In this document: one piece after another, positions 51,653-59,987 of the stretch
How positions within the stretch are numbered: the stretch's first letter is position 1
Layout of the letters: each line of letters opens with the position of its first letter
DNA from: Eubacteriales bacterium
GTDB taxonomy: Bacteria > Bacillota > Clostridia > Oscillospirales > SIG627
Length of the DNA stretch: 64,000 bases
Assembly: GCA_045543495.1 (NCBI GenBank)
Contig: JAZQMO010000066.1
Location: forward strand, 3,007-67,006
Reading direction: 5' to 3'
The notes under the pieces: model-generated
The model's database searches: none
The model's input: only the letters and a program-made list of their open reading frames with translations
Told to the model about the DNA's origin: nothing
Made by a program: the position numbers and the translations under genes

Positions 51653-52048
51653 ATGCAAATTGCATTGATTGCTCAGGACGACAAAAAAGAATTGATGGCG
51701 CAACTGGGAATTGCTTACTGCGGCATTCTGGCAAAGCATAAGATCTGTGCCACCGCTACCACGGGAAGGGTCGTATCCGAGGCTACGGGCCTTGAGATCG
51801 AGCTTTTGCTCGGCGGCTCCACCGGAGGACGGGAGCAGATCAATTCCCGCATTGCTTACGGCGAAATCGATATTGTGCTGTATTTTCGCTCGGCGGCCTC
51901 CGATGAGGCCTTTGATGCCTACGATGCGGAGCTCATCCGCCTGTGCGATGCCTATAACCTTCCTCTCGCCACCAACCTTGCCACCGCCGAGGCTGTGATT
52001 ATGGCCTTGGACCGTGGGGATCTTGACTGGCGTGAGAATATGCGCTGA
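51653..52048 (+). CDS. methylglyoxal synthase-like protein with substituted catalytic residues
   Basis: It aligns along its full length with MgsA (MQIALIAQDDKK...ATATTG...GGREQ...LIRLCDAYNLPLATNLATAE). However, AHD becomes AQD, GGDQ becomes GGRE, and the PHEPD segment is replaced by DEAFDAYD. Confidence 0.65.
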   Translation: MQIALIAQDDKKELMAQLGIAYCGILAKHKICATATTGRVVSEATGLEIELLLGGSTGGREQINSRIAYGEIDIVLYFRSAASDEAFDAYDAELIRLCDAYNLPLATNLATAEAVIMALDRGDLDWRENMR

Positions 52049-52087
52049 TTTGAAATGGATACTTTAGAAATAATAAAGGATAGAGTT

Positions 52088-53854
52088 ATGCAAAGAACCG
52101 ATTATTGTGCCAATTTTGGCAAAAATGACATTGGCAGAACCGTTGTGGTTTGCGGCTGGGCGCAAAAGACCCGTGATCTGGGCGCTCTTGTGTTCATTGA
52201 TCTGCGTGATCGCAGCGGCATTGTTCAGTTGGCCTTTGATGAAGCCACCGAAAAGGAACTGTTCCGCTTGGCGGGAAGTGTCCGTGCGGAGTATGTGCTC
52301 CGTGCCGAGGGCGTGATCCGTCAGAGAGCGGCAGGTGCCGTCAATGCCAATCTGCCCACGGGCGAAATTGAGATCGCCGTAGAAAAAATGGAGATCCTGT
52401 CCGAGGCGGCCACTCCTCCCTTTGAGGTGCTCTCCTCTATGGATGTCCGAGAGGATATTCGCTTAAAATACCGTTATTTGAACCTGCGCCATCCTCAGCT
52501 TCAGGCAAACCTTCTGTTCCGTCATAAGCTGGCCAAGAGCGCAAGAGATTATTTTGATACACAGGGCTTTTTGGAGATCGAAACTCCCGTTTTGATCAAA
52601 TCCACCCCCGAGGGCGCCCGTGACTATCTGGTTCCCAGCCGTGTTCATCCCGGCTCCTTCTATGCTCTGCCTCAGTCTCCTCAGCTTTACAAGCAGCTTT
52701 TGATGGTCTCCGGCTTTGACCGCTATATGCAGATCACCAAGTGCTTCCGTGATGAGGATCTGAGAGCCGACCGTCAGCCCGAATTTACCCAGCTTGACCT
52801 TGAAATGTCCTTTGCTGACGAAAACGATGTAATGAGTGTCAACGAGGGCTTCTTGAAAAAGATCTTCCGTGAGGAACTGGGCATTGAACTTGCCACCCCC
52901 TTCCGCAGAATGCCCTTCAAGGAGGCCATGGAGAATTACGGCTCCGATAAGCCTGACCTGCGCTTTGATATGAAGCTTTGTGATCTGACCGATCTTGTGA
53001 AAAATTCCGAGTTCAAGGTCTTCGCAGGTGCCGCCGAAACGGGATCTGTCCGTGCCATCAACGTCAAGGGTGTGGCTGACCGTATGACCCGTAAGGAAAT
53101 TGATAAATTGACCGACTTTGTCAAGACCTACCGTGCCAAGGGTCTCGCTTGGCTGAAGTGGGCTGAGGAAAAGACCTCCTCCTTTGCAAAGTTCTTGTCT
53201 GCCGAGGAAAATGCCGCCATTGAAGAGAGAATGGGTGTGGAAAAGGGCGATGTGGTGTTCATCGTGGCCGATGGCAACGATCAGGTGGTGTTTGATTCTC
53301 TCGGCGCCCTCCGCTGCAAGTGCGGCGAGACCTACGGCTTCTATGATAAGAAAGATTTTGCCCTTCTTTGGGTTACGGATTTCCCCATGTTTGAAAAGGA
53401 TGAGGAAACCGGCCGCTATAAGGCAATGCACCATCCCTTCACCTGTCCCAAGGACGAGGATCTTGCCCTTTTGGATACCGCTCCCGAGCGTGTCCGTGCC
53501 AAGGCTTACGATATTGTTATCAATGGCTGGGAAGCAGGCGGCGGCTCGGTTCGTATCCACCGTGGCGATATTCAGCAAAAGGTGTTTGATATCATCGGCC
53601 TGACCAAGGAAGAAGCAAATGAGAAATTCGGCTTCCTTCTGGAGGCGTTCCGCTACGGCGTACCCCCTCACGCAGGCCTTGCCTTCGGCTTTGACCGCTT
53701 GGTCAGCCTGTTCTTGGGACTGGATGCCATCCGTGATTGCATCGCATTCCCCAAGGTGCAAAATGCTTGCGAGCTGATGACCGAGTGCCCCGCACCCGTT
53801 CCCGCTCAGGCATTGGAAGAGCTTTCCATCTCTGTTGTATCAGAAGAACAATAA
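52088..53854 (+). CDS. aspS: aspartate--tRNA ligase
   Basis: ATG 52088 (MQRTDYC) lies after AAAGGA. It has the OB-fold N-domain, class II motifs ...FRDEDLRADRQPEFTQLD... and ...GGGSVRIH..., and ...PPHAGLAFGFDRL. Confidence 0.9.
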   Translation: MQRTDYCANFGKNDIGRTVVVCGWAQKTRDLGALVFIDLRDRSGIVQLAFDEATEKELFRLAGSVRAEYVLRAEGVIRQRAAGAVNANLPTGEIEIAVEKMEILSEAATPPFEVLSSMDVREDIRLKYRYLNLRHPQLQANLLFRHKLAKSARDYFDTQGFLEIETPVLIKSTPEGARDYLVPSRVHPGSFYALPQSPQLYKQLLMVSGFDRYMQITKCFRDEDLRADRQPEFTQLDLEMSFADENDVMSVNEGFLKKIFREELGIELATPFRRMPFKEAMENYGSDKPDLRFDMKLCDLTDLVKNSEFKVFAGAAETGSVRAINVKGVADRMTRKEIDKLTDFVKTYRAKGLAWLKWAEEKTSSFAKFLSAEENAAIEERMGVEKGDVVFIVADGNDQVVFDSLGALRCKCGETYGFYDKKDFALLWVTDFPMFEKDEETGRYKAMHHPFTCPKDEDLALLDTAPERVRAKAYDIVINGWEAGGGSVRIHRGDIQQKVFDIIGLTKEEANEKFGFLLEAFRYGVPPHAGLAFGFDRLVSLFLGLDAIRDCIAFPKVQNACELMTECPAPVPAQALEELSISVVSEEQ

Positions 53855-53879
53855 ATCCATTTTCGGAAAGGAAAAAAGT

Positions 53880-54839
53880 ATGATCGAAATCAATGGGATC
53901 ACCAAGCGATACGGAAACAAAATTGCGGCAAACAATGTCTCTTTTACCGTAAACGCAGGTGAAATCATGGGCTTCCTCGGTCCCAACGGTGCGGGAAAAT
54001 CCACCACTATGAATATCCTCACCGGCTATTTATCCGCCACGGAGGGAAGTGCCAAAATTGACGGGATTGATATTTTTGAAAATCCCATCGAGGCAAAAAA
54101 GAAGATCGGGTTCCTGCCCGAGCAGCCTCCCCTCTATTTGGATATGACCGTTCGGGAGTACCTGAATTTTGTGTACGAATTGAAGCACTGCCGTATGGAC
54201 CGTGAAAAGCACCTGAAGGAAATTTGCGATGTGGTTCGAATCGGCGATGTGTATAACCGTGTGATCCGCAACCTCTCCAAGGGCTACAAGCAGAGAGTCG
54301 GCATTGCACAGGCTCTGGTGGGAAATCCCCCCGTTCTGATCTTTGATGAGCCTACCGTTGGCCTTGACCCCAAGCAGATCATCGATATCCGCAATCTGAT
54401 CAAAAAGCTTGGCAAGGAGCATACCATCATCCTCTCCACGCATATTCTCTCCGAGGTGCAGGCCATCTGTGACCGTATCGTGGTCATCAACAAGGGCAGT
54501 ATCGTAGCCAATGAGAAAACGGAAAATCTTTCCCGTGCCGTTCAGGATAAGAGAAGATTTACCTACAATATCTGCGGCCCGCAGAATGAGGTGTTGAAAT
54601 TGATTAAGTCCATCTCCGGTGTGACCTATGCGGAAGCCATCGGTCAGAGAGATACGGACAGCACCTCTTACCTCATTGAGAGTGCGGAAAATATTGATAT
54701 CCGCAAGAGTCTGTTCTTTGCTCTGGCAGAGAAGAGATGGCCCGTCATCGGAATGGATACCATGGGTATGGATTTGGAGGATGTATTCCTTGCCCTGATC
54801 CAGGATAAAAACCAAAACACAAGAAAGGGAGGAAAATAA
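53880..54839 (+). CDS. ABC transporter ATP-binding protein (GldA-like, ABC-2 type)
   Basis: Walker A GPNGAGKST, signature LSKGYKQR and Walker B LIFDEPTVGLD. Confidence 0.85.
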   Translation: MIEINGITKRYGNKIAANNVSFTVNAGEIMGFLGPNGAGKSTTMNILTGYLSATEGSAKIDGIDIFENPIEAKKKIGFLPEQPPLYLDMTVREYLNFVYELKHCRMDREKHLKEICDVVRIGDVYNRVIRNLSKGYKQRVGIAQALVGNPPVLIFDEPTVGLDPKQIIDIRNLIKKLGKEHTIILSTHILSEVQAICDRIVVINKGSIVANEKTENLSRAVQDKRRFTYNICGPQNEVLKLIKSISGVTYAEAIGQRDTDSTSYLIESAENIDIRKSLFFALAEKRWPVIGMDTMGMDLEDVFLALIQDKNQNTRKGGK

Positions 54840-54841
54840 GA

Positions 54842-55546
54842 ATGCTTGCCATTTACAAAAAAGAGCTTCGTACTTATTTTGCCGGCCCCATCGGCTATAC
54901 CTACGTGGCCCTCTTCCTTTGCATTTCGTCCCTTCTGTTCACCTACACTACCTTGTATAACGGAACCTGTGAGGTGAATGTATACTACACCTTCCTGCTT
55001 TACATTTTCGCCATTCTCATTCCTCTTTTGACCATGAGAATGCTCAGTGAAGAAAAGAAGACCAAAACCGAGCAGATCCTCCTGACCTCACCCGTCAGCC
55101 TCTTTTCGGTGATCTTCGCCAAATACCTTGCCGCCTTCACCATGTTTGCAGGCACTCTTCTTCTTTCCTGTCTGAACTTTGTGATCCTGTATTTCTACGG
55201 CGATCCCAACAGCGTCATTATGTTTTCCACTACGCTGGGCATCCTTCTCATCGGCTCTGCCTTCGTTTCCATTGGAATTTTCATTTCCGCTTGCACCGAA
55301 AATCAGCTGATCAGTGCCCTTTTGACCATTGCCGCCATTGCCGCCACACTGGTGGTGGGCGTTCTGGCAAACTATGTGACTCTGACCCCCCTTCGTGTGG
55401 CTTTGAAGTGGATCTCCGTTTTTGACCGCTTCTACGTTTTCACTTACGGCTATTTTGATCTTGTCGCACTTTTGTATTATATCTCCATTACCGTCGTATT
55501 CCTCTTCCTGACGGTCCGTGTATTTGAAAAGCGCCGTTGGGAATAA
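54842..55546 (+). CDS. ABC-2 type transporter permease (GldF-like)
   Basis: 234-aa six-TM protein immediately after the ATPase. Confidence 0.7.
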   Translation: MLAIYKKELRTYFAGPIGYTYVALFLCISSLLFTYTTLYNGTCEVNVYYTFLLYIFAILIPLLTMRMLSEEKKTKTEQILLTSPVSLFSVIFAKYLAAFTMFAGTLLLSCLNFVILYFYGDPNSVIMFSTTLGILLIGSAFVSIGIFISACTENQLISALLTIAAIAATLVVGVLANYVTLTPLRVALKWISVFDRFYVFTYGYFDLVALLYYISITVVFLFLTVRVFEKRRWE

Positions 55547-55564
55547 GAAAGAGAGGAAAGAACA

Positions 55565-57088
55565 ATGGATAAAAAGAATACTAATATGAAAAAAGGAAAG
55601 CGTTTTTCCTCCAGAAGATTCAAATACGGTGCGGCAGCAACCGTATTTACCGTTTTGTTTATCGTGGCTGTGATCTTGCTCAATGCCATCGTTTCCGCCA
55701 TTGATTCCAAATACAGCCTCTATTTTGACCTGACCGACGATCAGATCTTCTCCATCAGTGATAAGACCGTGAAAATGGTAGACGAGCAGCTTGAGGTCTA
55801 CCGCAAGGAGCAGGGAACCGATCCTCAGATCCGTATCACCTTCCTTCAGGCAAGGGATAAGATCATGGAGGTTGAGGAAAAATCCTGGGTGGTCAATCTT
55901 GCCGAAAGCTATGCCGAAAAGTACGATCAGATCACCGTGGAATTCCGCGAGGATCTGACAACGCACCCCGAGCACTACACCAAGTATACCCAGCTGGGGT
56001 ACGAGATCAATACCGATGCCATTCTGGTGACCAATACGCAGGCAGACCATACCTTCCGCTATATGACCTTTGATTCCTGCCTCGTTTCCAATGACGAGGA
56101 GGTCTGGGCCTTCCAGGGCGAAATGAAGTTCAACGCCGCCATTTACTATATCACCAGCAAAAAGAGTCCCGTTGTTTCCTTTACCACAGGCCACGGAGAG
56201 ACCATTCCTCAGGCCCTGACCGAGGTTCTGACCAACTGCGGCTTTACCATTGAGAATGTGGATCTTTCCAAGGATGACATCAGTCCCGATTCCAAGATCC
56301 TGTTTATGTGCAGCCCCCAGAAAGATATTACCTTCTCCTCTGACGATACGGTGGTCACCGAGTATACCAAGATCTCCGATTATTTGAATGAATACCGTTC
56401 TATGGTAGTCATTGCCTCTCCCACCACGCCATCTCTTCCCGTTCTGGATGAGCTTTTGGCCGATTGGGGGATGGAGCTGGTTCGCAATCAGGTGGTTATG
56501 GATGATGTTTCCTGCCATACGCAGAACAACAAGATGCTCTATGTCAATTATGTTCCCTCCGAAAAGGTTGCGGGCAATCTGACAGGCTCCCTGACTGCTC
56601 TTTCCAACCCTCCCCGAAGCCTTTCCATCAATTCTGCTCCCATTCGTATTTTGAAAACCGAGCAGAGCGAGACCGAGGGAGTGGAGGCCGTTCTGGCAAG
56701 CTCCGATAACTCCTATGTGGAGATCGTCACCGAGGAAGGAACCAAGCGGGAGACCGGCCCCTTCAACCTGATGGCCATTTCCACCCGCTTCACCTATTTG
56801 GACAATACCGAAACCTACGGCCACGTGATGCTGATCGGCAGTGAAAACTTTACCGAGACCAACGCCTTCCGTGAGCAGTTCGGGAATACCGACATCGTGT
56901 ATAATATGATCCGTCTCCTGTCCGATGAGCATATCACCATGGAAACGCACTACAAGGTGATTGAGGATTATGCCATCGATATGGATAAGGGCAGCGTGTA
57001 TTTCTACGGCGTTGTCACGGTGGCTGTGATCCCCCTGATGGTATTTGCCTTGGGAATCGTTGTGTATATTAAGAGAAAACATCTGTAA
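55565..57088 (+). CDS. GldG-family ABC auxiliary protein
   Basis: TM anchors at both the N and C termini with a large extracytoplasmic domain. It holds the position and size typical of GldG next to GldA/F-like genes. Confidence 0.6.
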   Translation: MDKKNTNMKKGKRFSSRRFKYGAAATVFTVLFIVAVILLNAIVSAIDSKYSLYFDLTDDQIFSISDKTVKMVDEQLEVYRKEQGTDPQIRITFLQARDKIMEVEEKSWVVNLAESYAEKYDQITVEFREDLTTHPEHYTKYTQLGYEINTDAILVTNTQADHTFRYMTFDSCLVSNDEEVWAFQGEMKFNAAIYYITSKKSPVVSFTTGHGETIPQALTEVLTNCGFTIENVDLSKDDISPDSKILFMCSPQKDITFSSDDTVVTEYTKISDYLNEYRSMVVIASPTTPSLPVLDELLADWGMELVRNQVVMDDVSCHTQNNKMLYVNYVPSEKVAGNLTGSLTALSNPPRSLSINSAPIRILKTEQSETEGVEAVLASSDNSYVEIVTEEGTKRETGPFNLMAISTRFTYLDNTETYGHVMLIGSENFTETNAFREQFGNTDIVYNMIRLLSDEHITMETHYKVIEDYAIDMDKGSVYFYGVVTVAVIPLMVFALGIVVYIKRKHL

Positions 57089-57099
57089 TCGGAGTTTAT

Positions 57100-58779
57100 A
57101 TGAGTAAGCAAGAAAAAATCAATCAGAAAAAAGGACTGACCGCTCTTTGGGAGAATAAGCGTCTTCGTTCCATTCTTCTTTCTGCCGCTGTCATTCTCCT
57201 TTGTGCGGTGGTTTACGTGGTTCTTTTGTTTACCGTGTTAAAGCCCGAGGAAGAGGAGGTTCTCCCCACCGTGGGAAATCACGGAGAAGAAATGAGCGGC
57301 GCCCGTCCTTTTATTGTGGATCCTGTGGAATTGAGTCAGATCCAATCCATTGTTGTGGATAATGAATTCGGCGGATTCAATTTCTACCGTGCCGAGGACA
57401 ACGAGTTTTACTTTGAGGGTGCCGAGCATATGATCTATGACTCTCAGAGTAATTTTGCAGGAGAAGAGGGAGAGGATATGAAGGATGTTCTCTCCGGCTT
57501 CTCAGCCGTGGATGCCTTGTATTCCCTCGTTCGCTATATGCTCTCGGATGAAGAGGTGGTAGGGTACAACAAGGATCTTTCCGTTTATGGCTTGTCCGAT
57601 GGCGGCAAAGCATCCCTTACCTTGAAATATCTGGATGATGACGGAAACGAGGTCACCCAAAAGGTTCTGTTCGGAAACAAGACCGTTGCGGGCTCTTCCT
57701 ATTACTGTATGGTAGAAGGCAGAGAAGCGGTATATATCCTTCATGACAACTATGTGACCCGCTGTGTCTTCTCCGGGTTGAATTCTTATTTTTCACCCGT
57801 GGTTGCCATTCCTGTCACCAATTCTCAGCATACCGAGGTAAGCCGTCTTGAGATCAAAAAGCACGGCGAGGTATTCCTTTCTCTTCGTGCTATGACCGAG
57901 GAGGAACTGAAAGCGCAGGGAATGAGCGGCTCCGACTCCGCTTTGGACAGTCAGGTTGCCGTATCGCAAATATTTGAAACTCCCAAAGGCTACTATCCTT
58001 CTCCCGAGACTCTCCCCGAGATGCTTCTGACCTTCACCGATTTTTCCGGTGAGCAGGTAATGGAATACGGCATTACCGAGCGCCTTTCTAAGCCCGAGGA
58101 GGCAGAGGCGATCCGTGAGCTCTTCCGTCAGTACAGCCTGATGGATCAGGACAACAATTGGATTTATGAGCTTTCCTATGAGTATGAATCCATGAAGTAC
58201 AATACCACGCTCTACATCAGCGAAAAGCTGGAGGTAGAGGGAACTGCCGAAGGCGAAAAGGAAGAGATCTATTACGTTTACTCTCCCGATTTTGATTGCA
58301 TTGTAGAATTTAAGGCCGATGACCTTTTCTGGGTAGAGTGGGACGTTCTCAACTTTATGGATAACCGTGCCTACTCCGTCTTTATTGACCGTGTAGCCTC
58401 CATTGATTTTGCCTACGAAAAGACCAATGTGAAATTCTCTCTTCAGGGCGAAGGCGGCGATCTGAAGGTTTCCAGCTCCAAGGGCGGGGATGTGAATGTG
58501 GATGATTTCCGTGAGCTTTACAAGGCAATTGTATATTCCACCTTGGATGGCTACGCCGAAGAGACTGACGGTGCACAGCAGATCCTGCGTGCTACCATCA
58601 CCCTGCGTGACGGTGAGGTTTATGACTATGTCTTCTACGGACTGACCGCCCGAAAGGCCTATTACTCCCTCAACGGAAGTACCCAGTTCTATGTGAACCG
58701 TGATTATGTAAAGCAGATCATCAATACCTGTACCGCCATCCTTAACGGCGAATCCGTTAAGGTTGAACACAAGAATTGA
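57100..58779 (+). CDS. DUF4340-like membrane-anchored protein
   Basis: A single N-terminal TM segment and a large exported domain. It holds the conserved position after gldG-like genes. The family call is from context and memory. Confidence 0.5.
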   Translation: MSKQEKINQKKGLTALWENKRLRSILLSAAVILLCAVVYVVLLFTVLKPEEEEVLPTVGNHGEEMSGARPFIVDPVELSQIQSIVVDNEFGGFNFYRAEDNEFYFEGAEHMIYDSQSNFAGEEGEDMKDVLSGFSAVDALYSLVRYMLSDEEVVGYNKDLSVYGLSDGGKASLTLKYLDDDGNEVTQKVLFGNKTVAGSSYYCMVEGREAVYILHDNYVTRCVFSGLNSYFSPVVAIPVTNSQHTEVSRLEIKKHGEVFLSLRAMTEEELKAQGMSGSDSALDSQVAVSQIFETPKGYYPSPETLPEMLLTFTDFSGEQVMEYGITERLSKPEEAEAIRELFRQYSLMDQDNNWIYELSYEYESMKYNTTLYISEKLEVEGTAEGEKEEIYYVYSPDFDCIVEFKADDLFWVEWDVLNFMDNRAYSVFIDRVASIDFAYEKTNVKFSLQGEGGDLKVSSSKGGDVNVDDFRELYKAIVYSTLDGYAEETDGAQQILRATITLRDGEVYDYVFYGLTARKAYYSLNGSTQFYVNRDYVKQIINTCTAILNGESVKVEHKN

Positions 58780-58793
58780 TGAAGAATGAAAAA

Positions 58794-58886
58794 AATATCA
58801 CTAAAACCGTAGGTTTTAATATCACGATTGCCGTCGGCAATCATATCACTCTTTGCGTAGCAAAGAATATCACTATATAAAAATTA
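58794..58886 (+). repeat. array of AATATCACT 9-mers alternating with unrelated perfect hairpins (copy 2), 24-nt phase; possible 3'UTR RNA element
   Basis: Units start at 58794, 58818, 58842/3 and 58866. The spacers are aaaacc-gta-ggtttt, gattgcc-gtc-ggcaatc and ctttgc-gta-gcaaag. A degenerate AAATTACT is at 58881. Confidence 0.55.
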
Positions 58887-58929
58887 CTACCCGAAAAAGA
58901 GGTTTGTTTTCTCTTCTTCGGGTAGTTTT
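58887..58929. terminator. long bidirectional terminator hairpin closing the array
   Basis: ctacccgaa...ttcgggtag (9 bp plus an inner helix) followed by tttt. On the minus strand it is followed by taattttta. Confidence 0.55.
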
Positions 58930-58932
58930 GTC

Positions 58933-59079
58933 TTATACTGTCCCAAGCAGGGAATTTGTGTACCAAATTCCGTTTTTAATATCCGTATAAACGCTGTAGC
59001 CTGTTTTTACGCTGTTCTGCATGACAGGCTTGTCGGGAGAATAGATCTCTCTTGCAAATCCAATGGAGATAGAATTCAT
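58933..59079 (-). CDS. possible 48-aa small ORF downstream of the MBL hydrolase gene
   Basis: ATG 59079 lies after GAGGGA. The translation is MNSISIGFAREIYSPDKPVMQNSVKTGYSVYTDIKNGIWYTNSLLGTV. It is below the ORF-track cutoff and has no recognisable family. Confidence 0.2.
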   Translation of the reverse strand: MNSISIGFAREIYSPDKPVMQNSVKTGYSVYTDIKNGIWYTNSLLGTV

Positions 59080-59102
59080 TTGATCCCTCGCATCGTTTTT
59101 TG

Positions 59103-59987
59103 TCAATATCCTCTTTGAATGAAATCCTGCCGGCTTTCCTCAAGGGCCGTTAAAAATTCATTCCAGGCATTGGGATTGATAAAAGGATTTTTGTTGGGGT
59201 TTTCTATCATATATTCACGCTTTGAAATAGTGCAGTTTTGATTGGGGTGGTTCCCCAAAACAATATCTACCTTTTCCTTTTTGAGCTTCTTGATGGTCTC
59301 GCCCATTTTCTCGCTCTTATTTTCGGGAAGGCCATATTCTCGGCAATATTCTTTGTATACCGTGAGAAAACCAACACCACCGAAATATCCCGCACGAAGA
59401 GTCTTGTCCCCGTCGCTTACGTCGAAGAAGAAGGCCATGGTACCGAAGGTGTGGCCGGGGGCAAGAACGCAATGGATCTTGGTGTTCCCGAGGGCAATGA
59501 CCTCTCCGTCCTCCAGCGTCTTGTCGGGCCAGCAGATCCCGTCGTGCCCTTCGGGAGCAAGGTGCATCAGGGCACGCCTTGGCTCTTCACGGATCAGATC
59601 CGTATCCACACGGCTCATTAAAATTTTGGCGCCGTAGCGATCACGCAGGCGATTGCCGCCGCCGAAATGATCAAAGTGCCCGTGGGAATGAATCACGAAT
59701 TTAATGTCCTTGGGAGAAAAACCGAGGCTTTCAATGGAATGGATCAGGGCATCGTAATGGTTGGAATAGCCGCTGTCAAAGAGAATGAGACCGTCTCCCG
59801 TATCCACGAGGTGCATACAGACCTTTTTGTCTCCTACATAATAAAGATTTCCGAAAATACGAAAAGGGTCGATGTTAAAGGCATCGGGATCCGCATAATA
59901 GGGGCCGTGCTTGGGGAGAAAATTACCCATTACGGTTTCATAAGGAGCGTTGGGGGCAAAGTCAAATTCCTTGTATTCTGCTTTCAT
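59103..59987 (-). CDS. MBL-fold metallo-hydrolase
   Basis: HSHGHFDHFGG (HxHxDH) and ...LAPGHTFG.... Confidence 0.75.
   Translation of the reverse strand: MKAEYKEFDFAPNAPYETVMGNFLPKHGPYYADPDAFNIDPFRIFGNLYYVGDKKVCMHLVDTGDGLILFDSGYSNHYDALIHSIESLGFSPKDIKFVIHSHGHFDHFGGGNRLRDRYGAKILMSRVDTDLIREEPRRALMHLAPEGHDGICWPDKTLEDGEVIALGNTKIHCVLAPGHTFGTMAFFFDVSDGDKTLRAGYFGGVGFLTVYKEYCREYGLPENKSEKMGETIKKLKKEKVDIVLGNHPNQNCTISKREYMIENPNKNPFINPNAWNEFLTALEESRQDFIQRGY

Noticed and set aside
52049-52087. T-box leader upstream of aspS
   Set aside because: Only 39 nt separate the MGS-like stop from the aspS start, which is too short for a T-box. aspS appears to be co-transcribed with the upstream genes.
55088-57082. 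664-aa open frame antisense to the ABC permease/GldG-like genes
   Set aside because: The reasoning is the same as for the recD2 antisense frame. It spans two sense genes, has a repetitive Gly/His/Ile-rich translation, and shows no translation signals.
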